DNA of 64,000 bases from Ruditapes philippinarum. Taxonomy: Eukaryota. The notes under the pieces were generated by a model. It was not told where the DNA came from and searched no databases. It was given only the letters and a program-made list of their open reading frames with translations. This document shows positions 13,021 to 25,600 of this stretch, in pieces (the first letter of the stretch is position 1; each line of letters opens with the position of its first letter). Position numbers and translations under genes: made by a program. The stretch spans positions 1-64,000 of the forward strand of contig NW_026863104.1 of NCBI RefSeq assembly GCF_026571515.1, read 5' to 3'.

Positions 13021-16000
13021 TATGATAAAGATAATGCGCATAGTGAAATGTACAAAGTTTCAAACCATATTCGTTAACAGTAAAAGATCGGAAGGAAACT
13101 TTTTCGTAACTTGTGAATTATGTTTCAGATGTTCCTCTGTTGAACGAGGCTTTTGATCTACTGAAAGATTCTGCGTTTGAATATTATATATCTCGTGAGA
13201 AGGGTAATTTAGATTATTGGCCTGAAGATGACCCACAAAATGACGAAGGTGATTCAAAGAGTTCAAGCCCTTCAACTGATAGGTTGAGAAGAACAAGACA
13301 GACATATAATACTTAAGTTATTAAAAAGCTTCATACACGTAATACCGTATTTTTTGACCGCTGAGGTCAATGTTATTAGCTGTTAAACATTAAAATTGAA
13401 ATTCTTACATAGAGGAAGTGATGCACTAAAATAGGTATTTCTGCAAAGGATAAAAAAAGAAATATACTCTGAATCAACTTGAATATCGATTTTCTAAGAT
13501 ATACTTAGCCCGACTGAGCGTTGCAACGCTTTTCATTTTTGGGTCATTTTGCACAATAAAACTTTTTTTCTTGAAAAGAAAAAACGGGATTACGAATTGA
13601 TATGAAAATTTGCACATAATGTATTGGTCTAGACCTACATCGAATGATACACATATCTTGAGAAATTTTTTTCAATCACCTCGTGTGTGTCAGAAAACCC
13701 CTCTAAATTTAACATATCACTGTTTTAATTTTTATTTTATAGTAAATCAATTAAACTGTTTGAGTTCATGCAACAAGTAAGAAAATATGATAATTAATGT
13801 TTTGGTACTAGCTAGTCTCGGTCTTTATTTTATATAGGTTTTTACCAAAAGAAGAAACGGCTGCATGTAAGAAATTGCTAAGGAAATTATCACAAGTATG
13901 CCATAAACACCAGCAAGCACTTGAATCCTTACAGGAAGCTATTACGGTAAGTTTTAGTTTTAATATTTGTAACACAAAAAAATGCTGACTATTCTTACAA
14001 ATTGTATAGCTAAAATCTACTTTATAAACTGTTATAAAGTTAAGCTGTATCAACTTAAATGATGCCACGTTAATCATTAGTTGTTTTTTATTTCATTCAA
14101 AGAGTTTACAACTTCTTGTATATATCATTTCTGTCAAATTTCTTCCGGAAGTTTCAAGAGCTCTTCATAAAGATATTGATCTACAAAAATCAATTCATCA
14201 AACCATTTTCTAATATTATCAAACTTATAATACCCATCATTATGAGCATTTCAACATTAAAGTGACGGATGAGTCAGTCGGACTGTAACACATTCTAAAG
14301 ATGGAACATCTTTTTCATAAAAGTATATATATATAAAAACAATATATAACAAGTTTATTGAATTTGAATTTTATTTATAAACTCTTAAATGATAAGGAAT
14401 ACAAAGAACTGGACAGGAAATGTTTGGATGCATACACACAGATGAATATTGCATCTGACAACTTCAACGAATACGCTACTGCCGATGTTGATGACCGAAA
14501 TGAATTCAAAGAGGCCAGCTTTGAAGCCCACAATGATTACATACAACGAACGAAAGAATACATCATGTACAAAGAAAAGTCTAATTAAGGTGGCCTTTGA
14601 GAAGATCTACCCCAGGTATAAAACAGAGAAACAAATCAGTGAGGAACGTCTGAATAAGGTACGATCCTATCTTTTAAATACAAGACAAAGTCTTACATCC
14701 CTCAAGGCCCCGTCCGACAACTACCAGTGCATGCGCAGAACGTTAAGACTTACGATTCTCACGGGTCTGACAAAATTCACGCCACACCGGAAATAAATAT
14801 TATACAAGATATTTGATTATCTATACAAACTGAAGGTTGATCATTGTAAAACAAATTTAGAGATGTTTCTAAGTGGTCAATGGTCCATGATTTTCTTCTA
14901 CATGATATTTCTATAAAACAGATACACTAAGAAGAGTGTCATTGGTTAAATGATAATTACCATGATTATTAAACAGTGGTCTTTATATATTGACAATGCA
15001 GTTACCTAGATAAAAAAAACTTAGCTAAGTGGTTGGATTCACTGTGTACTTTGATTGTACTTTTGCCATTGTTTTATATTTTTATCGAGTATTATCTGAT
15101 ATTATGTTGTAACAGTTGGACAAGGATTTGAAAATCATCATAGAGACAGAGATGAGGGAAACACTGACAGAGGGAATGAAAACATTGATGAAGATAGCTA
15201 CAGCATGCCGATTCTCTCCGTAAGTTTACATTAATTTTGCATTTTTTTCTCTTAATACTTAGTAATAATCATCTCGCCGTCCGTTTGTCTGTTTCATGCA
15301 TATGTTCTGTAAATTATAGTGTTTTTGTTTGATTGTTGTTGTTTGTGTTTTTTGTATTTTTAAAAAAGCTCCAAGTTTTATTTCTTTATTTATTATCAAA
15401 TAGTAAGTGTATGAAACACAGTTATGTAAAGTAATATTTCAATTTGTGTCATCCATTTTCCAAGCTTTGACTTTGGAGCAGTATCACACCGTCTGTTTGT
15501 CGGTGTGACTGTTCAATGCATATGTACAAATGTTCTGTAAGTTATAGTTTTTTTGTTTGTTTGATTCTTTCTTTCTTTTGCTATCCTTTGTCATTAACCT
15601 GCTGAATTTGTGTAGTGGATTTTCGCAGCTTTGAATTTGGAACAGTCCATTCCAAGTTTAAGGGAATTTGATATAATATAAAATTTGAGCTACCAACAAT
15701 ATAGAGCCTGGTCAGACTGCATGGTTGTTTAGACTAATCTAGCTGTATACTGGAGGGGTGGGGGTGGGGCAAAGGATAATCAGTTAATCACATTCGGTTC
15801 CAGCAGGTTTCATGTTTAAAAAGCATACGTTTTGTTCTGCTTCAGAGATGTTATAGATAGAATTGAAAGCTTTGATTGTGCCATCACTGCTGAAAAGCTT
15901 TACAAAGATGTTTGCCTGAAGTATTGTCATCCTGCCGTTAATGAGGTCAGATTCTTGCTATTATCACTTATATATATATATATATGCTACCCAATTACCT

Positions 16001-17979
16001 TTATTACTAGTTTACAAAGTACTTGTGTGATTTTATCTGTTCATGTTTATATATCAAGTATAACTAAAAACACAGGAACATGATATAAGTATTTAGTGTA
16101 ATGTTTTTAAAGATACGTGTACATACAATATTATAATTATTGTTTATTAAAATATTAAGCATAAGTTCTTTTATTAAGTGAAGTATCCATGTTAAAACAT
16201 TGTCACTTAAACTATTCATAAAAGCGTATATATATTTTGTGTTCAATGTAAATTTCTTTTCTTTTAAATAGAAGCATCTTGGTTATGCACTTGGAAACAG
16301 TTTCTACATTCATCTATATTTTTATGTCATGGATAAAGATGAACGAAGATTTCGGCAGCACGAGAGTTGTATATCTTTACTAGATGGAGAAGCGAAATGT
16401 AAGTATTTTCATTAATAATTTGAAGTTTGAATCTTTCGCCTGCCGTTGAAATGATGGTTTTGTCAATTTTTTTTGATACATTGTATGAATGGACTTGATT
16501 AATCTTCTATTTGATGTAAGTCTAGACCTATACCTTGAGAACAAAATTTCAATTACTTTGAGCACTCCTTTTTTACCAGAATTATTATTCTAATTATGAA
16601 AAATGACCATAAACTGAAAAGCGTTGCAACGCTTTTACTCAAATTGGACTAAGAATGGCACACAATACGTTTTCAATTTCTTTCTGGCAATAGTTCTTAC
16701 TTACCTTTAAAAAGATGCCCTTTATATTTTCAGTATTTAGATGAGAGGAGCTCTGTGTATGGGCAAATTCCACTTTAGATGTTAAAGGGTAAGATTGTAT
16801 GCTCAAATTAAAACAAGGTGATACAAATCACGGTATATGCGGATAATCATACTCAATATGCGTCACTTTTTTCATCTTTATAAAAGCACAATTTATAAAG
16901 AAATATGGATTCCCTTAATATTGTAATTGCTGTTCAGAATTAGAATTCAGAAAATGAGCCGTATTGTTAAATACTGTGTAAGATATTTACAAATTGTAGT
17001 TTTTGTTTTAAAAATCGTTTTTTTTGTTATAAACATGAAAGATAAATTGTATTATAGATATACATTGTAATCTATTGTTTAAATATTTTTTTCTTCTTCT
17101 TTAGATATTAACATTAAACAGAAGTTTTGTTCTGCTGATGGCAGCCTTGCATTTGGTTGGACAAGAAAGTTTGGATGCGGGAACAAGCATTATGGATTCT
17201 ATTCTACGAATGCCGATGAAAATTCAATTCATATTTTATTTATAAAAATCTGCAAATATTAAATGAATATTTATTTTGAAGCACATTCAGGGTTATTTTC
17301 TTTTTATTTCTCTCGGCGTATCTATATAATTATATTAACACAATTTTGGTTTAACTATTTAAAATTGCTTAAATTGTCTTAGCTTTGTTATTTATTTATC
17401 GATTGGAAGAATTTGAACAAAAAATCGGGATGTGAAATAACTCAAATATGACCTTGACATTTAATTGATATTGAATGACAATGTCAAATCATTTAAATTT
17501 GCTCGTCATAACTTTATTATTTATTTACCGATTGGATTTAGTTTTGGACAAAATAACACTTATGACAAAACCGATATGTTAAATTATTCTAATATGGCAT
17601 TAGCCTTATGTTACTCGGGATGTTAAATAACTTTGATATGACCTTGACCTTTAATTGACATTGAATGTCAAGGTCAAATCATTTAAATTTGCTTTGGTTG
17701 TTATAACTTCATTATTTATTTACGGATTTGATATTTACTTGGACAAAAGAACACATATGGCAAACAGACATGTTGATTTATTCAAATATGACATTGGTCT
17801 TAAAGGGTATAAATCTATATCTTATGAAATATTTCTATAAAATTTATCAACAATAAAATAATATTGGTTCCTTTTTTATATGGTGGATTTCCGAAAAAGT
17901 TGTGACACAGAATGTCTCTTTTATTAAATATATTTGCTTGCTATAGCACCATATTACATTGGTAAAATTAAATAATAAG

Positions 17980-18337
17980 AGGATATTTTTTCGTTTGAGT
18001 AAAATATGAAATATATTTTCACTCAACATGATAAAATGCCACATATTTTCACGAGCCGGGACGGCGAGTGAAAATATGTGGCATTTTATCATGTTGAGTG
18101 AAAATATATAGCATATTTCTCGAAAAACGAAAAAAATAACCTTTTTATTTAATTTCATTATCAAAGAAAAATGATTATGAACCCCTTGCTTGCTACGCAA
18201 CTGCAATTGTACAGCGGGCATTGCCTAGTTTTGCACGCGATATTTAGCGCTACATTGTGACGTCACGTAAACAACTCTTTTAAACCTCTGTACAGCATTA
18301 ATGACATGATAAAAGATATTGGTGTTCGGATTTATTA
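17980..18337. mobile_element. Non-autonomous element with a long subterminal hairpin (Crypton-like family, tentative)
   Basis: Starts 'agaggatatttt' and has a ~45-bp stem around 'cgagccgggacggcgag'. Homologous copies lie at ~29440-30041 (inverted) and ~36590-37140. Confidence 0.55.
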
Positions 18338-18350
18338 GACGCCGGTAGAA

Positions 18351-18900
18351 ACCGGCGACTATATTTGTAACAGTTTAATATTATATCTATGGTAGGAGAA
18401 GGCCTTAAAATCTGAATATAAAAGCAAATCAATTACTGAACAATTAAGGACCACAATTATTTTTCATAATCTTAAAAATTCAAAAACAAAGTAACGTTGC
18501 TAAATGAAATGAAATATACAAATATTGACATCTTAAAAAGCAACATTACAATTTTCATAAAATGAATTAATAGCGTATCCCTATGGACCAGTCGTTGAAT
18601 TTAGGGATACTTTTACTTTTTTTCTACCGGCGACTATATTTGTAACAGTTTAATATTATATCTAAGGTAGAAGAAGGCCTTAAAATCTGAATATAAAAGC
18701 AAATCAATTACTGAACAATTAAGGACCACAATTATTTTTCATAATCTTAAAAATTCAAAAACAAAGTAACGTTGCTAAATGAAATGAAATATACAAATAT
18801 TGACATCTTAAAAAGCAACATTACAATTTTCATAAAATGAATTAATAACGTATCCCTATGGACCAGTCGTTGAATTTAGGGATGCTTTTACTTTTTTTCT
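18351..18900. repeat. 275-bp direct tandem duplication, nearly identical
   Basis: 'accggcgactatatttgtaacag' at 18351 and 18626; both units end 'ttttactttttttct'. Confidence 0.9.
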
Positions 18901-19604
18901 TAGTGTCATGCGAGGCTATTTTATGATTGATAAATCATGAATGATATTTGAAATGACACATTTAAATTATTTGGTTGTTTATATCTTATGAGACCTATTA
19001 TATTTCATTATTTTATCTAATTTTTAACAGATTCTCCCTGTAGAATCACGTATGTTATTGTTATAAAATCTATTATTAGTAACAGATTGCTGATAAGACA
19101 TACAAGTAACTTGTGAATAGTTGAAAAGGCATGGCGGCTGATTAGATGTAAATGTATAAATAATTATTACAAAGTTATCTTTCATTAATCAGTTTCATAT
19201 TTTATATCATTAGAAAGGTCTGTATGCTCATAATTTACACATTCAAGAATAAGTTTTCAAAACCTTTTTGTTTTTTCTTGGTAAAGGGTTAAACTTTCTG
19301 AAAATCAAAGAAATCATCATTGAAACATACTTGAATAATTATCATATAATTCCTAATATATTTAAATAAATTCCTATTTAATATTTAACATACCGTTATC
19401 AGTTCCAAAGAGTATGTCACATGGTGTTTAGGAGTCAATCAAATAAATACGTTATGTTTAATTGCAAATCACAAGAGTTGAAATATTATGAAAGGAAACA
19501 TTTTAGGAGTGAGAGGAATGATGATTTTATTTGTTTCCATATGGACATATTGAATTTGAAAGCAACGGGACACAGCCTACGGTGCATCCATAAGCGTAAT
19601 ATGT

Positions 19605-22600
19605 TCAACCAAGACGTCCTGTTTGTGTACAGTATACTCTGAAGTCACATATATACATGCGCGTGTATGACAAGAGAATGCAAACAGCATATCGGAAATA
19701 GGAAGTACATGTTTGTCGTTTCTCCACAACGTCACTCTGTCTTTGTACCTCTACAATGGAATACACAAGTTTATCGTTAACGCAATTTTCTGTCAGTCGC
19801 AAATAAAAATAATTAACAGTCTAGACGTAGGTATGATGTTGTTGAATTTAGGTGCCTTATAAATTTCTAATGATTTTACTTATATATCACATTTAATGGC
19901 TCGAAGAAAATCTATATGATCTTGTGTTTAATGAAATAAGTAAACAATATAGACATAGGTATGATGTTGATAAATTTAGGTGCCTTATCAATTTCTAATG
20001 ATTTTACTTATAAATCACATTTAATGGCTCGAAGAAAATCTATATGATCTTGTGTTTAATGAAATAAGTAAACATTCTAGACATAGGTACATGTATGATG
20101 TTGATGAATTTAGGTGCCTTATCAATTTCTAATGATTTTACTTATAAATCACATTTAACTGCTCGAAGAAAATCTATAATTCGAGGATTCAAAGGTAAAA
20201 GGTAATAACTGCCATTTTCTAGATTTCGAGAAAAACGCAAAAAACATATAATTTAATACAACTTTATTTTCCGTAATATTTTTATAACAATTTTGATTCT
20301 CTCATATTTATTGACTACATTAGATCATATTTTGTTAAGTTTACCTTGCTTGGTGCTGATAAAACACTGTAATTATAGTTTGTTTTAAAGTTCTAAAATC
20401 AAAATAATATCATTTTACAGAAGTAAAAGGTAATAAATGTACTTAGATCCTGTCAAGACAATAAGGTTGGGAGGTAAAAGGTAATAACTGCACTTACGAC
20501 CTTTTACTTCAGAAGGTTTAGCAATAAAAGTTCCAGATAAATTGTTATAAAATGTAATAAGTGCAGTTATAGCCTTGTTCCTCTGAAAAGAATTTAGATG
20601 TTGCAGTTATTGTTACTGTTGCCAATTTATTTATTATGTCCTTACTTTGAAGAACCGTACGTAATGTAATTAACACACATGCACAATAATACTCGTACAC
20701 AAAACTGACAATTTTCATTCATAGAAATATGAAATATGTACCTGCTCAATATTTAGATTCTACAGAAATAAATTGATAACTAAAAAGTTATAAAATAAGT
20801 ACTAAAATCTTTGTTTACAAATTTTCATTTATTTTGAATGTTCTCTGGTATATAATCGAACTGAAGTCAAACAGACCCCAGACATCAGCAATTAAGGATA
20901 TTAGTGACCGATATCATAGTTAAGTAAATAAAGACTACTGTTGCATGTCACAAAATGCGAATGTTTGTCATTAATTATTCCATGACCTTCACTCATCTTC
21001 TTCAATCTCACTAACAGGAGGCATTGAAAGTTTGTCTTTTATAGATTTGATGCATGGCAATGACTCATAATATGATTCGTACTTGTCGGAATTGTCCCAG
21101 AGGCAACAAGTGACATCAAATCAGTCTTTTTGCAGCAGACATTGGAAGCTTCTCTGTATAAGCCTTGCGTGGAGCCTTAAAAGTTTTTTTTGCTTCTGCT
21201 CTTCTTCTGCATTAACCTTAATTCCTTGAACTCACTTACATCAAAACCATAGTTCACAAAGATACTGTATTCTTTGTCTTTACGAACTTGAATCAATTTT
21301 ATATTCAGCCAATTAACTGGTTCTCCATCAACATCGATTTTTATTGAGCCAAAGTTTTGTTCTTTGTACAACTTGTAATTTAGTATGTCAGTGTATTTTA
21401 TTGGAACGACAATATATAGTTGCTTCCGGCGTGCTAATGATATAACTGTTTCCCACTGAGATGGAACATTTACTTTTGTGAGACTTTTTGCATGCTCGAT
21501 AGATGCATGTATGGAATCACATTCCATTTCTGAATGGCCACTTTCTTGGACACAGTGAACTAAGCAACTTGCAACAAACTGATTGCGATTCTGTCCCCCA
21601 CATGTATCACTATAATTATAATGTCACTTCTTCAATACCAGATGTCTTACTTGCAACAGAAGTTACATACAAGTACACACAAGTTCCTACTTCGCACGAC
21701 CCTCGTTTCCCCTGTGTCTCATCCCACAGCTAACAAGTCCCCTTACCATTTCCCAGTTCATAGAATCACAAATTGTAACAACACAGTTTTCTTTTGTAAT
21801 AAAATTCACCATTTAAACTACATGGTGTTGTCAATATAGCCTGGAGATCAAATGCCGACACAGACAACTTTGGATCTTTCTTTGCGCGTTCTTTATAAGC
21901 TGATTTTTCCATCCTAGCATTGTTTTTTTTTTCTTTCTTGGTGTGCCTGATATTTTGCTTTTGTTGCCCTTTTAGAAAAACGTCTTTGTACACTCTTACC
22001 ATTTTGCCACCAACTGTGAAGAAAAACGAATTCGAAATAGTTCTTTGTTTTGTTCTCTGTTTAGATACCTTCTCTGGTTCTTTATTGGCAACATGGAAAC
22101 AAATAAATTGCCTTTGACTTTTGTAATCACCCATTGACCAGTATGTACTGAATATTTTCTGTCTTTCATCTTCGGTTATATTCTTGCTGCATTTAAATCT
22201 ACACTTAGAGCAATCCTTTCTCTTTAGGCTTCTTGCTTTCATTGATTTTCCTGTTTTACTTGTATACTCCTGTCCTTTTGATCGACGATCTTTTCTAATA
22301 TTGGCTTTCCACAAAAGTCTGCTGACTCTTCGTTTACGACTCAAACACTTACGTTTTGGGCTTATATATGATGCATCTTTGTGAGGCGTTACCTTCAGTG
22401 GAGACCCTTTTCGTTTTCGTTGCTTTGATGGCGTTCTTTTATTCTCTGGGGGTTCTGCGGTTTGCTGTGTTTCACAAGCTTGATCAGCAATCTCTTCCCT
22501 GTCATCTGTGGCATTTAAGTTTGTTGCTACAGTATCATAGTGATATTTGTCGTGTATTGCAACACGTGCCACTAAAATTGGTGGCAAATCTTACTCAGTG

Positions 22601-25600
22601 TTGATGTGTGGTTTAATTTCTACAATCGGTTGGGTTGGCCGGCTAGAAAATATCCGAAGTCGTCGTTGAAATAAATTAGCAATGCAGAGCGGAGCAAAGT
22701 CTGCCATGTATGTATTGCATCTACCGTCAAACCTTATTTCTTCTATCAATGCCATAAATTTGTCCAATTCTTCTTCTGGTGTAAGATTATCTTCAAATGT
22801 TACAAATTTTATGTATTCTGCGCATTTTCATGTATGTGTTTGGCAACGTTCTGTCGCAAATCTTGCACAGACACGGGGTTGTCCAAAAATTTAAGGACAG
22901 CTCTAAGCAAAGAATTTCCGTCTGCCAGTATTTTCTTTCGCTTCAACATGTTGCTGGCAAGAATCTTGTCAAGACGCTTAGTATGATAATCATAGATTTG
23001 CTTTTGTCCAATTGCTTCTCTTCTGCTTTTTGTTTTTGCTTTCGCAACTGCTGAGTCTTCATCTGTTGTAGAATAATAGTCGCTATCAGACATTGTGTCT
23101 AGTTGTCTATCATCTACTCTGTAATTTATCTTTTGGCATTTCAACTGTTTGCCTCTTTTTATGTGTTTGCCTCGACGTTTCCAGCCTTTATCTCTGTTTG
23201 GAGTGTTAGTATTTTCAGGGGAGAACATTGGTGCATTATCAAAATCACTTTCAGTTCTTGGATTTCCAGTATAGTTACTGGAAATGTTTTCTTGGTCTTC
23301 AATGTAAATTATGCAATCAATGGTTTTGTCTGAATAGGCTGCATCCTGTTTTCTAATTCTTTGTATTAATTCTAATAAAGGTATATCATCCAGATCATCA
23401 CAGTTTTCTTCTTCTGTGTAGCATGTGTCATTTCTAAGTTCTTCTGACCGTGTGTCTGTGTCATTTACTTTGCTATAGGTGTTTACCAGAGCTTTTACAT
23501 ACGCATTGTCATACTTGATTAATATTTCAATACCGTCATTATCAAACTGATCTGGGATGTAGTGAGGTACAGCTGTTTGCTTTTCTTGAGGAGAAACCAA
23601 TGTTGTTTCCAACACACTTTCATAATTCATCTCATATTGGACTACTGCATCTATGCTATCGTAATCATTTTCCGAATGTGCAAAAACATTATATATTAAC
23701 ATAGATGAATGTATAACATGTAATATAATGTAATTATTAAAACTGTCCATTATATATATAAACATAATTATGTACCGTATAATAATTTTGATTCTATGTC
23801 AGGGCTCCCATTCAAATGTAACAGACAATACATAAGTATTATTTGATAGTAGAATTATATTAAGTGTAAAATTTCATAATGCATTTATCTTAAGTATTTT
23901 AAGTAACAAATACAAAATTGAGATTTGCATAACAGTTAATAAAAACATTTAATGTAATCACAGAGAAGCTATTAAACGAAAGTTTAATATTTGTGATTAA
24001 ATGATTAAAAACAATACACAAATAGATGTAATTTATATTGAAAACAAAAAATACAAATATGAAATAAAATAGAAAGAATTAAATTTCACTTACCATGAAT
24101 TTTTGCTGTAATACTTTCCACTGTAAAATTATTGTACTCTTCTTGTCCAAATGGCCAATACACAAGCAATTAAATGATTAAATGGCAAGGATTTCACACA
24201 GAATCTTTCTTATCTGATTCAGTGTTATAATTAATTTACTGAAAGGGATTCTCTCTGGCTAAGGTGATAAGTAAACAATTAGCGTGAGAAATTTCTTGGG
24301 AAAAGGGATAACAGATAGTGCCTGTGAACTGTATGAATGCAGTATGCCAGAGGAAAAAGGTGATAAAATCAGTTATAACCTTTTTCCAGTACAGATTCTT
24401 CACAACATGTGGAACAACAGGTAATAAGTACACTTAGAACCTTTTACCCCTACATTATTTGTAGAAAGGAGTTATTACAAAACACTTTTTAATGTTTTGC
24501 CCTTATAAGGATTGAATATTTCTATAATATTTTAGTCAGACAAAAAGGACAATGAGTACATTATAAAAAACATAAAAAGTCATTTTCGGCAAAAATGGTA
24601 GTTATTACCTTTAACCTTTGAACCCTCGAATATGATCGTTTAATTCGTTTGATTTAACAATGGGATACATAAATATAACTTTATGTTTAACATTTTGAAA
24701 GTGGTTTTACAACAATTACTTTTCATCCAATATATTTTCGTTCCCCTGCACATTCCTTCAACCTTTTCAGAAACCAGATATTGCGGAACCTCAGTATCTG
24801 TCCTTACCCACTCTTGCTTGTCAGCCTCGTTATCCTTTTTTTGGTGAATGTCAACCTGTAAGATAAAACAAGGTCATTTTTTTCAACTGAGTCATTACAT
24901 TGTAGTTAATACGATTTTGAACATAATTAAGGATACAGATGTTTCGCTTATGAAACCATTATTTACACAGGAATATGTCGGACAATTTTCACAATGTTTT
25001 TGTCGGAACATAAAATCTCGTGGCCAGTTAATATACAGATATATAGTATACCTCTCCATTTGAATACTCGTTAGGGTCAAGACTTGGAGCTTCGGTCTCA
25101 TTCATATGCTGTGCAATACATTCGCTTTGAGTATTACTCTCCCTATCAACAAATCGTGTAACAACTATGCCCTGAAATAATTGTATAAAAAACATTTTGT
25201 CCCAACTTGTATACGACTGTATAATAACAATTAGATACATGATTTAAGTCAAAAAACTGTTTCCCATTATATCCCATGGGCCATTTAATCAACCGTTAGT
25301 AAGTATGTAAAGGATGCTTTATAGAGAAACTCAGGCAAATTAATGACAAAAATATTAAAATGATCTTATGAACTCAAATCATACTAAAATTACATTTTTT
25401 TAAATCCTAGCATGAATTCTATATAGTTTGGTTTTGAAGTGTAAATATACATTTGTATCTATACGAGTATGTTTAACGCAATTAAGAAGCCGACAGAATT
25501 ACAGAATAGTTTAAAATAAGTTTTGTGACTTGAACATACCCTGGAAGATACAATAACATGGATATTCTAAGTCATTCATTTGACATGTGTTTAACGTTTC

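Larger units (their letters stand above)
7640..17262 (+). pseudogene. Ten-exon gene for an unrecognised ~410-aa protein, disrupted
   Basis: Phase-consistent exons 7640-7692, 7984-8102, 13129-13282, 13838-13946, ~14382-14658, 15116-15219, 15846-15945, 16272-16398, 16741-16788, 17105-17262. Product MDTVYQPSYIFSQNGTLITNRFVEFRKLCELFADEIIKG...FLPKEETAACKKLLRKLSQVCHKHQQALESLQEAIT...AFGWTRKFGCGNKHYGFYSTN. Lesions: no AG at the apparent exon-5 acceptor, a frameshift near 14580 and an in-frame TAG at 16776. Donors of exons 2 and 3 are weak (gtaaca, gttgag). Confidence 0.7.
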
